The notes under the pieces: model-generated | Seen by the model: the letters and a program-made list of their open reading frames with translations, nothing else | Databases searched by the model: none | What the model was told of the DNA's origin: nothing | From: Candidatus Nanopelagicales bacterium | GTDB taxonomy: Bacteria; Actinomycetota; Actinomycetes; S36-B12 | Reading direction: 5' to 3' | Length of the DNA: 64,000 nt | NCBI GenBank assembly: GCA_040266055.1 | Contig: JBDQFC010000002.1 | Location: 6,219 to 70,218, forward strand | Part shown: positions 16,822 through 27,100 of the stretch, piece by piece | How positions within the stretch are numbered: position 1 is the first letter of the stretch | How the letters are laid out: the number at the start of each line of letters is the position of its first letter | Program-made: the position numbers and the translations under genes

Positions 16822-17870
16822 GCCTTCACGTCAGTCGAAGCGGCGGCCGCGATGGGCTCAGGTGCCACGTAACCACGCACCCGGGGAGCCATGGCCGGAT
16901 CCGCGAGCTTCTTGACCAGGCGCTCAGGCTTGGGCCAGCGGACGTCGTGCGCGAGGTTTACCTGCTCGAGCATCCGGATGACCCCGGCGCTGAGGTCAAT
17001 CTGGCCCTTGAGCACACCGTGGCGCGCGCAGGTCGGATCGGCGTGGTGCAGGTTGTGCCAAGACTCGCCGAACGACGGGATTGCCAACCAGGCAACGTTG
17101 CTGGACAGGTCGCGGCTCTTGAACGGACGCTTGCCGAACACGTGACAGATGGAGTTGATAGACCACGTCACGTGGTGCACGAGAGCAACGCGGACCACGC
17201 CGCCCCAGAACATGCCGGTGAGGAAGCCCAGCCAGGACCAGGTGATGAGCCCGCCGATGATTCCGGGGAGCACGAACGTCATCACGACGATGATCGGGAA
17301 CGCGTTGTTGATCCGCTGCAGGTCCTTGTCGTCGCGGATGTCCGGTGCGTACTGGTCCACGGTGGCTTGCTCCTCGGAGAAGAGCCATCCCATGTGGGCG
17401 AAGATCAGGCCCTTACCGATGGCCTTGCGCGACGTGCCAAAGCGCCACGGGGAGTGCGGGTCACCGATCTCATCGGAAAACTTGTGGTGCTTGCGGTGGT
17501 CGGCGACCCACTGGTTGATCGAACCCTCGAGCGCGTAGGAACCCATGAGCGCGAGAGCGATCTTCACCGGACGGGGCGCCTTGAACGAGCCGTGGGTGAA
17601 GAAGCGGTGGTAGCCGACGGTGATGCCCAGGCCCGTGAGAGCCCAGAAGCCAAGAAGTAGGCCGATATCGACCCAGGACACCAAGCCCCAGTAGATCATC
17701 GGGATGATGCCCAGCAGGGCGATCGTGGGACCGATGACGAAGATGCCGATGGTGATCTTCATTCCGGTGCTGAGGAAGATCGCGTCGCCGTCGTCGACCT
17801 TCTCGAAGTCCTGCACAAGCGCCATGGGAAGCCTTTCTGGGCTGTTATCGGGAGCCGGTGAAATCACCAA
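16818..17870 (-). CDS. Membrane acyl-CoA (delta-9-type) fatty-acid desaturase
   Basis: Three histidine boxes: HRFFTH, HRKHHKFSD and HNLHH. TM segments are present. The start may be ATG 17825 (MALVQDFEK). Confidence 0.85.
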   Translation of the reverse strand: MVISPAPDNSPERLPMALVQDFEKVDDGDAIFLSTGMKITIGIFVIGPTIALLGIIPMIYWGLVSWVDIGLLLGFWALTGLGITVGYHRFFTHGSFKAPRPVKIALALMGSYALEGSINQWVADHRKHHKFSDEIGDPHSPWRFGTSRKAIGKGLIFAHMGWLFSEEQATVDQYAPDIRDDKDLQRINNAFPIIVVMTFVLPGIIGGLITWSWLGFLTGMFWGGVVRVALVHHVTWSINSICHVFGKRPFKSRDLSSNVAWLAIPSFGESWHNLHHADPTCARHGVLKGQIDLSAGVIRMLEQVNLAHDVRWPKPERLVKKLADPAMAPRVRGYVAPEPIAAAASTDVKA

Positions 17871-17872
17871 CC

Positions 17873-17901
17873 TACGGTTGCGTAACTTACGGTAGCGTAA
17901 C
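17873..17901. promoter_or_regulatory. Two tandem 14-nt repeats TACGGT(T/A)GCGTAAC, each a TACG-N4-CGTA dyad, upstream of the desaturase-TetR operon
   Basis: Read directly. One mismatch between the copies; period 15 nt. The junction forms the palindrome CGTAA-C-TTACG (17881-17891). Confidence 0.45.
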
Positions 17902-17984
17902 CATCAGCCTCTGGCCACCCCTGCGCCGAATACGGCGGGTCTTAAGGTTATCCCCGATCAATCTGAGATCAAGCATCTCAACGA

Positions 17985-18055
17985 TCCCCGGTCGTCTAGT
18001 GGCAGGACAGCGGACTTTGAATCCGTCAACGGAGGTTCGAATCCTCCCCGGGGAG
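17985..18055 (+). tRNA. tRNA-Gln (anticodon TTG)
   Basis: Acceptor TCCCCGG/CCGGGGA, anticodon stem GCGGA/TCCGT with loop CTTTGAA, T arm GGAGG-TTCGAAT-CCTCC. CCA is not encoded. Confidence 0.85.
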
Positions 18056-18112
18056 CGAGTTCTCAGGCAAACAGCCGATCATCCACCGAATCTAAGCCAA
18101 GGTTGATGCTGC

Positions 18113-19273
18113 CTAGGACGAGCGCTCGTAGGTGCCGTACTCACCACCACCCCTCGTCCCGAAAAATTCACCGATCAATTGATCGCGTTCGAACAGCCGC
18201 ACCGACCCCTCGGCCGTTCCACCATTCCAGAGCGAATGGTGGTTCTTCACCCCATCGGGGTTCTCATAGTTCATAAATAACATCTCATCCTTCGGACACG
18301 AGAAATCGATCTCGATGCGGTGGGAGAACGTGCGCGCTGTGATGCGCCAGCGAATGTGATCACCGTCCACATCACACATGAACCGCTGACGGGCTCCGGT
18401 CCAGAACTTAGAGAAATTGAATTCGTAGAGCTTGCCGCGAAGGTAGAAGGCGATCAGCAACTTGCTCGACAACCGTCGACCGAAAAGGACAGGAGTTCCA
18501 CCGCCCACGTCAAGGCAGGTGAGAGGCAGGTCCTGTCCCGAAGCCGCATCGACAAAACTGGCGCAGTTCAACCACACCCAGGGGTTGGTGAAATCCTGGC
18601 CCCAGTTTTTGTCCTGATAACCGCTGCTCGTTTGTGGCTCGACGATGAATCGTCGACCGTTGAAGACGATTTCCCCCTGGTATTCGGTTTTGATTCCGGC
18701 GACGTGCCAAAACATTTGAAATGCGCGGGTCTTGCGAAAAAGACCGTCGGCTCCATAGCCGACCGAGTAGGACAAGACCTTGTCGGCCGTGAGGTCCCAC
18801 GACATCTCACCGGCATCTGTCATCCATTCTGGATGCATGTGCGCTTGGTCCGGGGAAACGGCGACGGCGCCGGTGAGATGGGTTTCAGTGAGGGTCGCAT
18901 CTCCGATCCGGGCGTCGAGGTGGTGGGTGCTGAACGCGCACGCATTGGCGGGGTAGTAGTTGTGAATCTGGGTTGGTTCCGGGCCCCAGCACCCCGCGTT
19001 GAGCATCCCGTAGGAAGGGCGGCGTCCGCTTTCCTTGTTCGCTGGCAACTGTCCGAGGACTGCTTCGGAGCCGCCCAACTCCGGATTGATCGAGAAGTAC
19101 TCGATGAAGAAGCTTCGGGGCTCGGTTGTCGCGGCGTCGAAGCCGGTGAAGGAGTGCCACCACCAGTCGTACCCTCGCTTGGCCAAAGCACCGGAGAGCA
19201 TGTAAGCATTCCGATCAGACACGCAGGTTATGCAAGCACACCCAGCCGAGCACTTGTCGGCTTTTGCGAGCAT
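18113..19273 (-). CDS. Tocopherol-cyclase-like family protein (function unknown in bacteria)
   Basis: GYQDKNWGQDFTNPWVWLNCASF...GGG...LRGKLYEF parallels plant VTE1 [21 protein letters not shown]...GGG...YDGKMYEF (from memory). The start ATG 19273 was chosen because GGGAGG lies upstream and it avoids overlapping glmU. Confidence 0.55.
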   Translation of the reverse strand: MLAKADKCSAGCACITCVSDRNAYMLSGALAKRGYDWWWHSFTGFDAATTEPRSFFIEYFSINPELGGSEAVLGQLPANKESGRRPSYGMLNAGCWGPEPTQIHNYYPANACAFSTHHLDARIGDATLTETHLTGAVAVSPDQAHMHPEWMTDAGEMSWDLTADKVLSYSVGYGADGLFRKTRAFQMFWHVAGIKTEYQGEIVFNGRRFIVEPQTSSGYQDKNWGQDFTNPWVWLNCASFVDAASGQDLPLTCLDVGGGTPVLFGRRLSSKLLIAFYLRGKLYEFNFSKFWTGARQRFMCDVDGDHIRWRITARTFSHRIEIDFSCPKDEMLFMNYENPDGVKNHHSLWNGGTAEGSVRLFERDQLIGEFFGTRGGGEYGTYERSS

Positions 19274-19355
19274 GCGGGATGAACCTCCCTGCGGGTCAGA
19301 CGTCATTCCGGTATTCCGGTGCCGGGCACGGGGGCTGATACGCAAGGATGACACT

Positions 19356-20840
19356 ATGAGCGCACGTCCTTCGGCTGTGATCATCCTGGCCGCCGGCGAA
19401 GGCAAGCGGATGAAATCCGCTGTCCCCAAGGTGCTCCACCCGATTGCGGGCCGCTCTTTGGTCGGACACGTGATCGAAGCAGCGGCTCACCTCGAGCCCG
19501 AGCATGTGGTTGTGGTGGTCGGGCATGGACGCGATCAGGTGGTGGAGCATCTCGCCGAGGTGGCGCCCTGGGTCTTGACTGTGGTGCAGGAAGAACAACG
19601 CGGTACCGGCCATGCCGTTCGAATAGCGCTTGAAGACCTTCTGGCCCGCGGTGCCGAACTCAACCGATCGGTGGTTGTGCTGACCGGGGATACGCCCTTG
19701 CTGACCGGCGAGACCCTCTCGGGCATGTTGGCCGCACACGACTCCGCATGCACTGTGCTCACCGCACAAGTTCCGGACCCAACGGGCTATGGCCGGGTTG
19801 TGCGCGCTGGGGAACCGCCCATCGACTTCGTCGCGTCGATCGTCGAAGAACGCGACGCCAGTGCCGAACAACGCCGCATCGACGAGATCAATTCCGGCAT
19901 GTACGCATTCGAGGCTGCTCTGCTTGGGGAGGCCCTCGGCAAATTGGGAACCGACAACGCGCAAGGTGAGGAATACCTGACAGACGTCGTCGGCCTGCTA
20001 ACTGAGTCGGGCCACCGGGTACGAGGACATATCGCGCCCGATGCGGACGACATTCGTGGAGTCAACGACCGCGCGCAGCTGGCCGAGGCTGCTGCGATCA
20101 TGCGCGACCGGATCAATCTGCGCTGGATGCGTGATGGTGTCTCGATGGCCAATCCGTCCAGTGTCTGGATCGACGTGGACGTCGAGCTCGAGCCCGATGT
20201 GACCTTGCTTCCGCAGACGATCCTTCGGGGTCCGACGGCTATCGCCGGAGGGGCTCGCATCGGCCCGGGCACCACCTTGGTGTCCTGCGAAGTGGGTGCC
20301 AATGCCGATGTCATCCACACCTGGGCTGAACTGGCAGTGATTGGTGACGGTGCGCAGGTGGGCCCCTTCACTTACCTGCGCCCTGGTGCTCAACTCGGTG
20401 CCGGGGCCAAGGCCGGTGCGTACGTGGAGATCAAGAACTCGAGCGTGGGTGATGGCGCGAAGGTCCCGCACCTGTCCTACGTGGGCGATGCCGAGATCGG
20501 TGAGGGGACCAACATCGGCGCGGCTACTGTCTTCGTCAATTACGACGGTCAGAACAAGCATCGCACCGTGGTGGGCAAAGACGTGCGAGTCGGCAGCGAC
20601 TCCATGCTGGTCGCGCCGGTCGAGATCGGCGATGGGGCGTACACCGCCGCAGGATCGGTCATCACCGACGACGTTCCACCGGGAGCGATGGCCGTGGGGA
20701 GAGCTCGTCAGCGGAACATCGCCGGATGGGTCGAGCGCAGGCGCCCAGACTCCGATTCAGCACGTTCTGCGAGGGCGGCGAGCGATGCATCGGGGGCATC
20801 TGACAGGGTTCGCGAAGACGATTCCGTTCGGGAGGAATGA
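19356..20840 (+). CDS. glmU: Bifunctional UDP-N-acetylglucosamine diphosphorylase / glucosamine-1-phosphate N-acetyltransferase
   Basis: AVIILAAGEGKRMKS N-terminus and a C-terminal left-handed beta-helix hexapeptide repeat region. ATG 19356. Confidence 0.9.
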   Translation: MSARPSAVIILAAGEGKRMKSAVPKVLHPIAGRSLVGHVIEAAAHLEPEHVVVVVGHGRDQVVEHLAEVAPWVLTVVQEEQRGTGHAVRIALEDLLARGAELNRSVVVLTGDTPLLTGETLSGMLAAHDSACTVLTAQVPDPTGYGRVVRAGEPPIDFVASIVEERDASAEQRRIDEINSGMYAFEAALLGEALGKLGTDNAQGEEYLTDVVGLLTESGHRVRGHIAPDADDIRGVNDRAQLAEAAAIMRDRINLRWMRDGVSMANPSSVWIDVDVELEPDVTLLPQTILRGPTAIAGGARIGPGTTLVSCEVGANADVIHTWAELAVIGDGAQVGPFTYLRPGAQLGAGAKAGAYVEIKNSSVGDGAKVPHLSYVGDAEIGEGTNIGAATVFVNYDGQNKHRTVVGKDVRVGSDSMLVAPVEIGDGAYTAAGSVITDDVPPGAMAVGRARQRNIAGWVERRRPDSDSARSARAASDASGASDRVREDDSVREE

Positions 20841-21839
20841 GTGGCCGAGAAGTCCGTACCGACGCAAAAGCGACTGGTCCTGCTCAGTGGCAGGTCGCAT
20901 CCGGAACTCGCAGAGTCCGTCGCCGATGAACTCGGCATAGCGCTCTCGCCGACACTCGCTTACGACTTCGCCAACGGCGAGATTTTCATCCGCTTTCGCG
21001 AATCGGTTCGTGGCACAGATGCATTCGTGCTGCAAAGTCACACCACCCCGATCAATACGTGGATCATGGAACAACTGATCATGATCGATGCGCTGAAGCG
21101 AGCATCGGCCAAGCGCATCACAGTGATCGTGCCGTTCTACGGGTATGCCCGGCAAGACAAGAAGCACCGTGGCCGCGAGCCGATCTCTGCCCGACTAATG
21201 GCAGACCTGTTCAAGGCAGCAGGCGCCGACCGGCTCATGACCGTCGACCTCCACACCTCGCAGATCCAGGGCTTCTTCGACGGCCCGGTGGACCATCTGT
21301 TCGCTCTACCGCTGCTCGCCGAGCACGTGGCATCTCGAGTTTCCACCGACGAGATAACGGTGGTCTCCCCGGACGCCGGACGAGTTCGCGTAGCCGAGCG
21401 GTGGACCGACGTCCTGGGAGCCCCGTTGGCGATCATCCACAAGCGTCGGGATCCGGACGTGCCGAACCAAGTGCGGGTATTCGAGGTCGTGGGTGACGTG
21501 AAGGATCGGGTGTGCGTTGTCGTCGACGACATGATCGATACCGGGGGCACCATCGTGAAGGCGGCAGAGACCCTCTTCGAGAACGGGGCGAAGGACGTAA
21601 TCGTGGCTGCGACCCACGGAATCCTTAGCGATCCCGCGAAAGAGCGATTGCAGCAGTCGCGGATCTCGGAGGTGGTCGTCACTGACACGCTCCCCATCCC
21701 CGAGGATCGACAGTTCGAGAAACTGACGACACTGTCGATTGCTCCGATCCTCGCCAAGGCGATCAACGAAGTCTTCACCGACGGATCTGTCACCTCGATG
21801 TTCGAGCCGGCTACAGCGGATGAGGCCTCGTCACACTGA
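20841..21839 (+). CDS. prs: Ribose-phosphate diphosphokinase
   Basis: PFYGYARQDKK and VVDDMIDTGGT PRPP-synthetase motifs. GTG start immediately follows the glmU stop. Confidence 0.9.
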   Translation: MAEKSVPTQKRLVLLSGRSHPELAESVADELGIALSPTLAYDFANGEIFIRFRESVRGTDAFVLQSHTTPINTWIMEQLIMIDALKRASAKRITVIVPFYGYARQDKKHRGREPISARLMADLFKAAGADRLMTVDLHTSQIQGFFDGPVDHLFALPLLAEHVASRVSTDEITVVSPDAGRVRVAERWTDVLGAPLAIIHKRRDPDVPNQVRVFEVVGDVKDRVCVVVDDMIDTGGTIVKAAETLFENGAKDVIVAATHGILSDPAKERLQQSRISEVVVTDTLPIPEDRQFEKLTTLSIAPILAKAINEVFTDGSVTSMFEPATADEASSH

Positions 21840-22057
21840 GTCGCTCTCGTGAGCCGGTGGCATAGGCCGGTGTCGGACCGTGCTTAGGCATGCCTCTAGA
21901 CTCCGTGCGTTCCTCGGCGAGGGAGACCGGTCCTACAGGGCAGGTCGCCGTGATCGACGCGGGTGGTGCCACCTGACGTCTGTCCGCACCCCCGCGAGGC
22001 GCATGCCAACCACGTGCAACCACACGAACTGAACGAAGAGAACGCCGAGGAGACCCC

Positions 22058-22639
22058 GTGACGAACGTCGAGATCAACGCTGAGCCCCGTACCGACTTCG
22101 GCAAGGGTGCTGCCCGTCGCCTGCGTCGCTCCGGCAACATCCCCGCCGTCATCTACGGCACTGATGTGCAACTGACCCACGTCGCGCTCGACGAGCATGA
22201 GATCGATCTCGCGCTCCGCAAGCCCCGCGTGGTCCTCAACGTTACCTACGGTGGAACCACCTACCTGACCAAGCCGCGCGACGTGCAGCGCGATCCGGTT
22301 AAGCGCAACCTCGAGCACGTCGATCTCGTGATCATCACCAAGCAAGAGGCTGCGATCCGTAGCTCCTACGCCGATGCCGTCGCAAAGGCCGAGATCGCCG
22401 CTGCGGAGGCCGGCTACGACGCCGCCTCGGTGATCATGGCTCTGGAAGAGGCTGTCGCACGTGGTGAGGATCCGCTGGAGGCTGTCGACCACGCCGTTGC
22501 CGACGTCAGGGAGCGTGCCGCGGAAATGGCGGCCGCTGCTGCAGCTCGCGAAGCGGCTCGCGAGGCTGCTGAGGCGGAGTCCGGTGGCGACGAGGCTGCT
22601 GCGGCGGAGTCCGGTGGCGGCGACGCCGCCGCAGAGTAG
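22058..22639 (+). CDS. rplY: 50S ribosomal protein L25 / general stress protein Ctc
   Basis: INAEPRTDFGKGAARRLRRSGNIPAVIYG N-terminus with an Ala/Glu-rich C-terminal tail. Confidence 0.9.
   Translation: MTNVEINAEPRTDFGKGAARRLRRSGNIPAVIYGTDVQLTHVALDEHEIDLALRKPRVVLNVTYGGTTYLTKPRDVQRDPVKRNLEHVDLVIITKQEAAIRSSYADAVAKAEIAAAEAGYDAASVIMALEEAVARGEDPLEAVDHAVADVRERAAEMAAAAAAREAAREAAEAESGGDEAAAAESGGGDAAAE
22561..22620 (+). repeat. 30-bp in-frame tandem duplication inside the rplY tail
   Basis: cgaggctgctgaggcggagtccggtggcga / cgaggctgctgcggcggagtccggtggcgg; 2 mismatches in 30. Confidence 0.9.
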
Positions 22640-22693
22640 TTGTCGCTGCTCACCAGAAGGTTCATCTCCAGGCGTCCTAGCGAGCACAGCGAT

Positions 22694-23317
22694 ATGTCCG
22701 AGCCCTGGCTGATCGTTGGTCTGGGCAATCCCGGCCCGCAATACGCCGCGACCCGGCACAACATCGGGGCGATGGCCGTTGATGTCATGGCCGACCAGGT
22801 TGGGGCAAAGCTCTCGCGGCACAAGAAGGCGTTGGCGAACATCGCGGAAACCCATCTCGGCTTCCCGGGTGATCGTGTTTCCGTGGTGCTGTGCGCGCCG
22901 CTTTCTTACATGAACGAAAGCGGCGGCCCGGTCAAAGCTGCGATGGCCTTCTACCGGATCCCACCCGAGCGGTTGGTGGTGTTGCACGACGAGCTCGATA
23001 TTGATTTCACGGCTCTACGTATCAAGAAGGGTGGCGGCGATGGTGGTCACAACGGTTTGAAGAGCATCCGCTCGGCGATCGGATCCGGCGACTATTTCCG
23101 CATCCGTTTGGGTATCGGTCGCCCTCCGGGTCGGCAGGTTCCGGCGGACTTTGTGTTGCAGGCGTTCTCGGGTGCGCAGCGCACGGAACTTCCCGGTTTC
23201 TTATCCCGGGCGAGCGATGCTGTCGAGACACTCGTTCGGCAGGGTCTGGAAGTGGCGCAGAATAGGTTCAACGAACGGCCGTCCGGCGGCGAACACGGCA
23301 GTGGAGGAAACCCATGA
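22694..23317 (+). CDS. pth: Aminoacyl-tRNA (peptidyl-tRNA) hydrolase
   Basis: WLIVGLGNPGPQYAATRHNIG and HDELD...GGHNGLKS motifs. Start at ATG 22694. Confidence 0.9.
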   Translation: MSEPWLIVGLGNPGPQYAATRHNIGAMAVDVMADQVGAKLSRHKKALANIAETHLGFPGDRVSVVLCAPLSYMNESGGPVKAAMAFYRIPPERLVVLHDELDIDFTALRIKKGGGDGGHNGLKSIRSAIGSGDYFRIRLGIGRPPGRQVPADFVLQAFSGAQRTELPGFLSRASDAVETLVRQGLEVAQNRFNERPSGGEHGSGGNP

Positions 23318-24132
23318 GTGATCCACGCTCCGATGCTGAGGTATCGCGCGATGTAGCCCAGCGCGCGGGGCAGTTGCTGCTGAAGATTCGTGCTGACTTC
23401 GTAGCTGAGCATGGAGAAGTGCAGGACAAGGAAACAGCAAACAAACTCCGTGACCAGGCCGACGCGTCATCTAACGACCTCATCCTCGACTTCCTGGCCG
23501 ATGCCCGTCCGGGGGATTCTGTCTTGAGTGAGGAAGCCAAGGACGACTCTTCTCGTTTGGAGTCCGATCGTGTGTGGATCGTCGACCCGCTCGATGGCAC
23601 CTGGGAATACGGTCAAAATCGCCCGGACTTTGCCGTGCATGTCGCTTTGTGGGCCGGCGGAGAACTGCATGCATGCACAGTCGATCTGCCGGCGCAGGAC
23701 ATGACCCGCTCGGTGCTGGACGACGTCGACGGCTTGCCATTGGACACGACTCGACCGATTCGCGTCGTCGCGTCCCGAAGCCGACCACCCGCAACCCTCG
23801 ATGCCACCTGTTCAGTGCTCGGAGGTCTGCTGGCCGCTGCCGGGATCAGTGACCGCGGTGTGGAAGTCGTCGACGTCGGTTCCGTGGGTGCCAAGGTGAA
23901 CGAGATCTTGAAGGGTCGAGCTGACGTCTACCTACACGACACCGGCTTCTATGAATGGGATGTCGCGGCCCCCTATGGCGTCGCGATGCATTACGGGCTG
24001 CGCTGCTCCAACACTGGTGGGGAAACGATTACGTTCAATCACATGCCGCCCTACGTCAACAACCTCGTGGTGGCCCACCCCACGCTGTACCCGTACGTGA
24101 TGCAGGCCCTTGCGGAGGCATCCGCAACGTGA
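23314..24132 (+). CDS. Inositol-monophosphatase-family protein, CysQ-like 3'(2'),5'-bisphosphate nucleotidase
   Basis: SEEAKDD...WIVDPLDGTWEY metal-binding motifs. 4-nt overlap with the pth stop. Confidence 0.75.
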   Translation: MSDPRSDAEVSRDVAQRAGQLLLKIRADFVAEHGEVQDKETANKLRDQADASSNDLILDFLADARPGDSVLSEEAKDDSSRLESDRVWIVDPLDGTWEYGQNRPDFAVHVALWAGGELHACTVDLPAQDMTRSVLDDVDGLPLDTTRPIRVVASRSRPPATLDATCSVLGGLLAAAGISDRGVEVVDVGSVGAKVNEILKGRADVYLHDTGFYEWDVAAPYGVAMHYGLRCSNTGGETITFNHMPPYVNNLVVAHPTLYPYVMQALAEASAT

Positions 24133-27100
24133 GCCTTCACCGGCTAGATGAACTCCTCGATCGGTATCCGCCGATCACCCGGGTGGCCGAACTGGCGGCC
24201 GATCCGTCGGCTCACGACATCGACGTCCACGCTCTGCTCGGTACCCATCCTCTTGTTGCCCATCGAATACGCAGCGCAACGACGACGCCATTACTGGTCT
24301 TGACTCCAACGGGGTCGGGTGCCGATGACATGGCAGCCGCTTTGCAGGACTTCGCTCCCGATGCGCGTATCGCCACCTTCCCCTCATGGGAAACGCTTCC
24401 GCACGAACGACTGTCTCCTTCGTCGGACACGGTGGGTCGACGAACCCATGTGCTGCGCCGTATCGCTTATCCAGACAACAACGATCCTCTACTGCAGTCG
24501 ATCGATGTGGTTGTCGCCTCGGTGCGCGCTGCCCTGCAACCGGTCATGACAGCGGTCGCCGAAGCCGAGCCGGTGCGCCTTCACGTCGGTGACCACATCG
24601 ACCTCACCGATCTCGTCGAACGGTTGGTGGGCCTGGGCTATGAACGGGTAGACCTGGTGGAACGACGCGGTCAGGTGGCCGTTCGTGGAGGCATCGTCGA
24701 TGTCTTCCCGTCTATCGAGGAACACGCCGTCCGGGTCGAATTTTGGGGTGATGAGATTGACGGCATCCGGCACTTCGCGGTGGCGGACCAACGTTCACTC
24801 GAAGCCGTTGAGCACGGTCTCCTTGCAACCCCTGTGCGAGAACTTCTGCTCACCGCTGAGGTGCGTGACCGGGCTCGCGAGCTAGCCCAGCACGCTCCCG
24901 GGATCGCGGAAATGTGCGGTCAGATTGCCGAAGGTCTCGCGATCGAGGGCATGGAGTCGTTGAGCGCCTTGTTCGACTCCTCAATGGTCACGCTCCTTCA
25001 GTTGCTACCGCGCGGCTCGCACGTCGTCGTCAGTGAACCCGAGCGGGTAAGTGCTCGAGCAGCGGATGTAATCCGAACAGCACAGGAGTTCTTGGAAGCA
25101 GGCTGGCACAGTGCGGCTGTCGGAGCCGATGTACCGATCGACATCGAGCCCGCCGCGTACCGGACGCTCGACGAACTCCACGAATTGGCCACCACGCGTC
25201 GCTGCAGGTGGTGGTCGCTGGATCCTCTGCGCAATCCCGACCCCGACATTGACATCGGAGCGAGTGCACCTGAGGAGTACCGAGGCGATGCCGGAATTGC
25301 ATTTGGCGACTTCCGCGCTTGGCTCGCTGAGGGCCGCGTTGTTGTCGTCACCGCCGGTGGTCGAGGTTCGCTAGAACGGCTGGCCGAGGAGATGTCGCAG
25401 GCCGACCTTGCGTCCCGGCTCGAGGAGGATCTCGATCCGACTAATGCTGCCGTAGTTCACCTGGTGCGCAGTCACCTGCATCGGGGTTTTGTGCTGCCGT
25501 CGGTCACGGTCATCACAGAGAGCGATCTGCTCGGGCAGCGGTCAACGGGCAAGGACGGTCAACGACTTCCGAGTCGGCGACGCAAGACGATCGATCCGCT
25601 TACGTTGAAGGCGGGGGATTACGTTGTGCATGAACACCACGGTGTTGGCAAGTACGTCGAGATGATCCGTCGCACTGTGCAAGGGGCCGAGCGCGAGTAC
25701 CTGATCATCGAATATGCACCAAGCAAGCGCGGACAACCAGCAGATCGGCTGTTCTTGCCGATGGATCAGCTCGATCTGATCACTCGCTACGTTGGCGGTG
25801 AGTCACCGAGTCTGCATCGTCTCGGTGGCGGCGATTGGGCTAAGACCAAAGGTCGTGCTCGCAAGGCTGTGCGCCAAATTGCCGGGGAACTCGTACGGCT
25901 ATACGCCGCACGCCAGGCCAGCACTGGACACGCGTTTGGGCCGGATACGCCATGGCAACGAGAACTCGAGGACGCATTCGAGTACGTCGAGACCCCCGAC
26001 CAACTTGCGTGTATTGACGAGGTCAAGCTGGACATGCAACGGGTAACGCCGATGGATCGACTCATTTGTGGAGATGTCGGCTACGGCAAGACCGAGATTG
26101 CAGTGCGCGCAGCATTCAAGGCCGTTCAGGACGGCAAGCAGGTGGCGGTCCTGGTTCCCACCACATTGCTCGTCCAGCAGCATCTGGCGACCTTTAGCGA
26201 GCGATACGCGAGTTTCCCAATCCGAGTGGCGGCGCTTTCACGATTCACCTCCACCAAAGAGCGCACTGAGGTCCTTGCCGGGATAACCGATGGAACCATC
26301 GATGTTGTCATCGGAACCCACCGACTGCTCACACCCGAGGTGCGCTTTAAGGATCTCGGGCTCGTCATCATCGACGAGGAGCAGAGGTTCGGCGTTGAGC
26401 ACAAGGAGCACCTGAAGGCATTACGAGCGAACGTCGATGTTCTCGCGATGTCTGCTACACCGATCCCTCGCACCTTGGAGATGGCCGTCACGGGCATCCG
26501 TGAGATGTCGGTGATCCAGACCCCGCCGGAAGAGCGGCACCCGGTGCTGACCTATGTCGGTCCATACGACGATAAGCAGATCGCTGCTGCCATTCGCCGT
26601 GAACTTCTGCGTGACGGCCAAGCGTTCTTCGTGCACAACCGGGTGGAGTCGATTGAACGTGCGGCCAAGCGCTTGCAGGATCTTGTCCCTGAAGCCCGGA
26701 TCGCAATCGCCCACGGCCAGATGGCCGAAGGGCGCCTCGAGCAGGTCATCGTCGACTTCTGGAACAAGGAGATCGACGTCCTCGTCTGCACCACCATCGT
26801 CGAATCCGGCATCGATATCGCCAACGCCAACACCCTCATCGTCGATCGCGCCGACAGCTTTGGCCTGTCTCAATTGCACCAACTTCGTGGCCGAGTGGGC
26901 CGAAGCCGAGAGCGGGCCTACGCGTACCTCCTTTATGACCCCAACAAGCCCTTGACCGAGACGGCGCACGAACGGCTCTCCACCATCGCTCAGCGGACCG
27001 ACCTCGGGTCGGGAATGCAGATTGCCATGAAGGACCTGGAGATCCGGGGTGCAGGAAATCTGCTTGGTGGTGAGCAAAGCGGCCATATCGCGGATGTCGG

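Noticed and set aside
16947-17660. 237-aa plus-strand ORF and similar long antisense ORFs (18320-19282, 26421-27284, 43568-44434, 57347-58093, 60953-61693)
   Set aside because: All lie opposite genes with strong family signatures and show biased Arg/Gly/Asp/His composition. They are treated as high-GC frame artefacts.
19305-19320. Tandem 8-bp repeat ATTCCGGT ATTCCGGT in the glmU / tocopherol-cyclase-like divergent region
   Set aside because: It is real in the sequence but short, with no second instance or obvious dyad symmetry. I could not support a regulatory call.
21840-22057. Possible structured ribosomal-protein leader or terminator in the 218-nt gap between prs and rplY
   Set aside because: I found only short, weak dyads (CCGG...CCGG, CCTCG-G-CGAGG, GGTGGtgCCACC) and a CAACCAC direct repeat. 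I do not recognise a known leader motif, so there is not enough to call a feature.
21896-22987. 363-aa minus-strand ORF
   Set aside because: It is antisense to rplY and pth, which have unmistakable signatures. It has no recognisable motifs.
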